Part shown: positions 59,116-64,000 of the stretch, one piece after another
Layout of the letters: each line of letters begins with the position of its first letter
Numbering within the stretch: the stretch's first letter is position 1
Assembly: GCA_030141605.1 (NCBI GenBank)
Contig: JAQGDQ010002380.1
Location: forward strand, 124,001-188,000
Reading direction: 5' to 3'
Origin: Tubiluchus corallicola
Lineage: Eukaryota > Animalia > Priapulida
DNA length: 64,000 bases
Position numbers and translations under genes: made by a program
The notes under the pieces: generated by a model
What the model was told of the DNA's origin: nothing
What the model saw: the letters and a program-made list of their open reading frames with translations, nothing else
Databases searched by the model: none

Positions 59116-60324
59116 ATACGGCCACTCTTTCACTGCGCCAAAACAATGGTACAAATCTTTTTGATTGCCGAAAGTCACTAAATCACTCACATTCAACTCA
59201 ATTTATTCACACCTATTGTGAACTGAAATATACGTAAAATAAATAAAAATACATAGGATGTTTAAAAAATAAAGATATAGTGTTAGTTTCTTGCTTGAAA
59301 TAGGTTTCAATTGCTTCTATTCGTGTTTCCGGAAGCTTAGTGCGTTTTCATTTCATTTGATAAGTAAAAGTATGTAAATATGTTAAAAAAAACTCATTTC
59401 TGGTATTTACTGGTTTCGATACAGTAAGTTTATACAGCCAAATTCGCTTGTGCAATTGAATAGAATTGATTCACGCGATTTCACGTTGTATATCACGCAA
59501 TAAAAACTGTTTGTTTTGTCATTTATCTTGTATGTCTGAAATTGTTTCAACAAATTTTAAATCTCCATCAGAGCATACATTAATCAAAACGTCAAGGACC
59601 AATTATAGAAGTATTTACACTCTAAATCATCATCATCATATGCCCATTACGTCTATTGTGTCTCTATTGCAGAACTCTAAAATAAAAGAAATCTTCTCTC
59701 AAGACAGGTAAACGCAGCAGTAATCAAGCAAAAAACTAGATACTGCTATGCCAGTGACTTGTCAGTGATCGAAATAACACAATATGGAATATCTTCAAAA
59801 TACTGAAATGGAAAAGCTTTATTGATTTGTTACTTTTTGAACGCTCTGCCTTTATCACAACTCGATGACTTTAGCCAATCAAAACAAAGTCATTTTCTCA
59901 TAACTAATAAAAAGAATAAATTCATGTCCAGGACGTTTTGCGCGTCTGAAACGACGCAGGCAGTTTTGCAAGACGTTTTAATACTTTTCCTCCTTTGAAG
60001 TCCGTCTCCTGTGGAATTTATAGTTCGCTTAATTGAGAAGTTGTTTGTATATGGTCTGCATACTGTAATAAATTTCCTTATTCAACTAAACTCCATGTTA
60101 AATTGTTTCGCAATTTCTACTAGCGCAGCATCAAAATAAATTGCGTATATTTTTTGCACGTACAATAATTCAAGAGAGTTGCAGCGTCGTTATATTTCTG
60201 CATGAGGAATTCATCTAAACAGATAAGTATTAGAACGCAATTTATGCGGTGAAATTGTTTACATCTTATAACTTTAATCGTCGTCGCCATCGCCGCCACA
60301 AGAGATGCCAAAGAAGAGCGCACA

Positions 60325-60700
60325 AAGGGGAAGAAAGGGGAATTTTGAAGTATATCTCAAAGAACTTTCCACATAAAGTTTTATAACTTAGCATTACACT
60401 TACCTGTTTGAAACATTTATTATGTAACTAGAAAAGAGAAAAACTAGAAAATAATTTAAAATGTTCGCGCCAACTGGTAAAACGTCACTCCAGTGTGTAT
60501 CGCTGATTCACTAGAAACGCATTACAGATTTTATTAGCAAGATAAAGTAATTTATACTTTAGCTTAGTTAGCAAAGAATATGTTACAAATGGCTAGATTA
60601 TTTTTACAAACTTCACGCAGTGTTATCTAAACCTGTTTCAAATGACTTTTTTTAAATGGGTGTTTATATTTACAAGTTTTACTAAGCGTTACTGCTAACA
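60325..60700. repeat. Fourth copy of the ~390-bp dispersed repeat family (opposite orientation to the 42.35-kb copy)
   Basis: Colinear with 37543-37940 (GGGAAGAAA, TATATCTCAAA, TATGTAACTAGAAAAGA, TGTTATCTAAAC.TGTTTCAAATGAC). Confidence 0.8.
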
Positions 60701-60962
60701 CTTAGTAATTTCTTCTTCTCCCTTCCTTCTTCCTATCCCTAATCTTACTATTTTTTCCATTCCATCATGTCTACTAACCCTAACCATTCTTTCGTTCACT
60801 CATTTGTGCCACCTTAACAAGCCAAGCTTTCAAGGTGTCATACGGCAACTCTTTTATTTGGTTAATTTGACTTCATCAACGCTTTTTTACCTATACTGTT
60901 TCTTTTTGTTTCAATAATATTGCATGTTGATGTATTGTATATGTATTGCTGGAGTGAAATAA

Positions 60963-61068
<106 letters not shown>

Positions 61069-61737
61069 CACAAGCTCTGTTTACAATAATATAGCATGTA
61101 GGTGATACAAAATTACAAGACTAATTCTTTAACCTTTATTTCTGAAAAGTGTTTTCTTATGCTTTAAATAACCGTTTCCAACGTTTGACCGCACGCTAAG
61201 CATGACAGGTTTGATGAAACGTAAGGCTTCCGCCAAGGTATAAAATTTAAGAAAATTAATCATCACTGAAAACCAATTCGACTAAAGGTTCTAAAATTTT
61301 ATTAAAACTGATGAGATGTTGAACTAATTGAAAAAGGGGAACACATATAAATGTTCACCGCTATCTAATAGACTTCTGAAACAACTAAAAACTTCACAAG
61401 CTTCCCTGTTACGGGCGTCACGTGACAGTCTGTACTTGTTACTTGCATGATATGATGACGTTCACGGTGACATTCGTCGACAAGCACTGAACCGAACGTG
61501 TGCTTACAGACATCCCATAACTAAAGCCCTGAGGAGCTCGCAAATTCTGAATTAAAGTATATATACGTATTTGGCAGGAAAACGAAAAATTTTTGCAAAC
61601 TATAAACCGCATTCAGTGAATTTGCAAAATACTGCAGCTTTCTTTGATACTTATTTAAGACCCATCAGACTTTCTGTTTTCATTATATATTTATTTATTT
61701 ATTTATTCATTCACTCATTTATTTATTTATTTATCGG

Positions 61738-61930
<193 letters not shown>

Positions 61931-63389
61931 TTACATTTGTTTATTTATTTACTATTTTATTTATACTTTTAAACTAGTTTCCGAAGCTGGCAGGTCTTTC
62001 AAAAGAATAAACAGAAATAGCTCAATCGGCTGCAAGCTGTTTTTCCATGTCGAAGGTTGCCGGTTCAATTCCGCGTTTAGCAGTTAGCTTAAAGCAGTTA
62101 GAAATAAAAACAATGTTTACTGGAACTTTCTTCATGTATTGAACAAACAGGGTCAAGTTTCTGCAACACAGAAAAAAGGTTAACTCCACCCAGCGAATAT
62201 AACGACGCATATATGCTTCACCCAGGTATATCAGCCCGTCGGCTACATAGTGAGACGGGGAGATGGAGACATTAACCCAGACAATCTAGAACCTGTAGTT
62301 GCTCAATGGCTGGAACCATGTACTCTGTGTGTGTCATATAATCGCTCATCTTAGACAACTACCTAAATATTCTGACATCGACACATCATCGCTGACATCA
62401 ATATTAGCACATAATGATACCGCTAAACAAGTGGAAAATGTACATAGATGTTCGTTGTTATTTAGTTTAAAAATAATTTATTATAGGATTGGATCAGACA
62501 GTTTGAACAACATTATTTAGGATCCTCATCACAACAGACTTTATACACTATTTACAAAAACATTTACAGTAAGAATAGACTATAACTACACAAGCTGACA
62601 AGTTTTACTACAAGATTACATTAGACATTAGTAGAAAATGACGGTTAGAAAATATTAATGTACGAATATTTAAGACTGATGCATTTCATATCAGATAGAA
62701 ACTACTGGAAGCGTTTAGTACGTAATATAAAGTCATGTAGGCATTGGAATATTGTACAGTTAGCAACATAGTTAAGTTCATCTTTTCCGAATAATAACAA
62801 TTTCAACAGATCATTAGTTCCTAAGGCAGCTATATTAAGGTTGTCGGGCAGAAGTTGCTATTTCAGCGAATGCCTTTGTATATTTAGACATACGAAAACT
62901 ATTTTGCATTACTATTGTATAATATTGCTGCGTATAATAGTACTTGCATTTTGCTAAAAGTGTTTTTTAATATGCACCCAGTTTGCATTTACGTGACGTC
63001 ACTGATGTAGCAGTAAGGAACATGCCTTGTTACGAACTTCTTACAGCTACCTTGCAATTTGTAATTTTATTATAATTTTGTTGGTCAATAAATTACATAC
63101 ATACGTAGGTAAGTGACGCCCGCAGCATTTTTGATACGCCACAAATTGCGTAACGTGCAATTTGCGCATGTACATTAAGTGCATTACTAAAATAACGCAA
63201 ATGGATTATAAGGTAATTTCGATGCCATTTATGGCAAAACAGAAAGCCTATGCTTGCGGCAGGCTAGTGTTAACAATTTTGAAGTAATTCGACGTAAAAT
63301 TTTAACATTTATGAAAATGTCGGTCTAATTAACTTAATTTATACAAGCGAACAAAAACATAACTTGAGGAAATGAGTTAAAGTGTTAAT

Positions 63390-63614
<225 letters not shown>

Positions 63615-64000
63615 ACTTTTAAAACAGCAATCCGTTTTCAAAACACAAAAATTAAAAACAAAATCACAATTATTGTACATTAAGTTGTTTGTCTTTAAAA
63701 CATTTGAAAGATCACGTTTCGTAAACAACAACACTGCGCATTACAGTCAAACTACACTGAATTAAACTAGACGCATCGACGCATGCACACTGCCATCTGT
63801 TTGAATACGTAATTTCGCGTGCAATTTAGATTTTGTTTTGGAAGATTTTGCAAAAAAAGTTTCTAAAATATTGCTAAATTAAACGCCTCTGGGTCTGTTT
63901 TTGCCAGCGCAGACTCAAGGTCTTAAAATGGCTGGCTTAAAATGTGACTAGGACAAGAACAAACTAATTGGCAAAACTTGAAAAGGTTGGGCAACTAAAC

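Overview
AT-rich, microsatellite- and transposon-rich genomic DNA from an invertebrate animal, with spliceosomal GT-AG genes. I reconstructed by hand: (1) a complete 7-coding-exon Wnt8 gene (- strand, 12297->1192, 336 aa); (2) a tRNA-Ile(AAT) gene; (3) a 3-coding-exon, probably GPI-anchored Ly6/three-finger (quiver/sleepless-like) gene (+, 24753-27218, 162 aa); (4) convergent with it, an unrecognised type-I membrane protein gene (-, 35122->28948, about 358 aa) whose Cys-rich ectodomain has an alpha-KTx/defensin-like (CS-alpha-beta) cysteine pattern and whose tail has PY motifs; (5) two intact, diverged, tandem [TM3 exon + TM4-7 exon] cassettes of a SIFamide/NPFF-receptor-like GPCR (- strand), with no N-terminal/TM1-2 exon visible between them or anywhere else in the window. 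The rest is LINE fragments (one young RTEX-like copy), hAT-type MITEs, tRNA-derived SINE-like relics, dispersed repeats, minisatellites and simple repeats. The best leads are the possible mutually exclusive two-exon GPCR cassettes and the tail-to-tail pair of membrane-anchored toxin-fold genes. All gene models come from manual reading, without transcript or database support.
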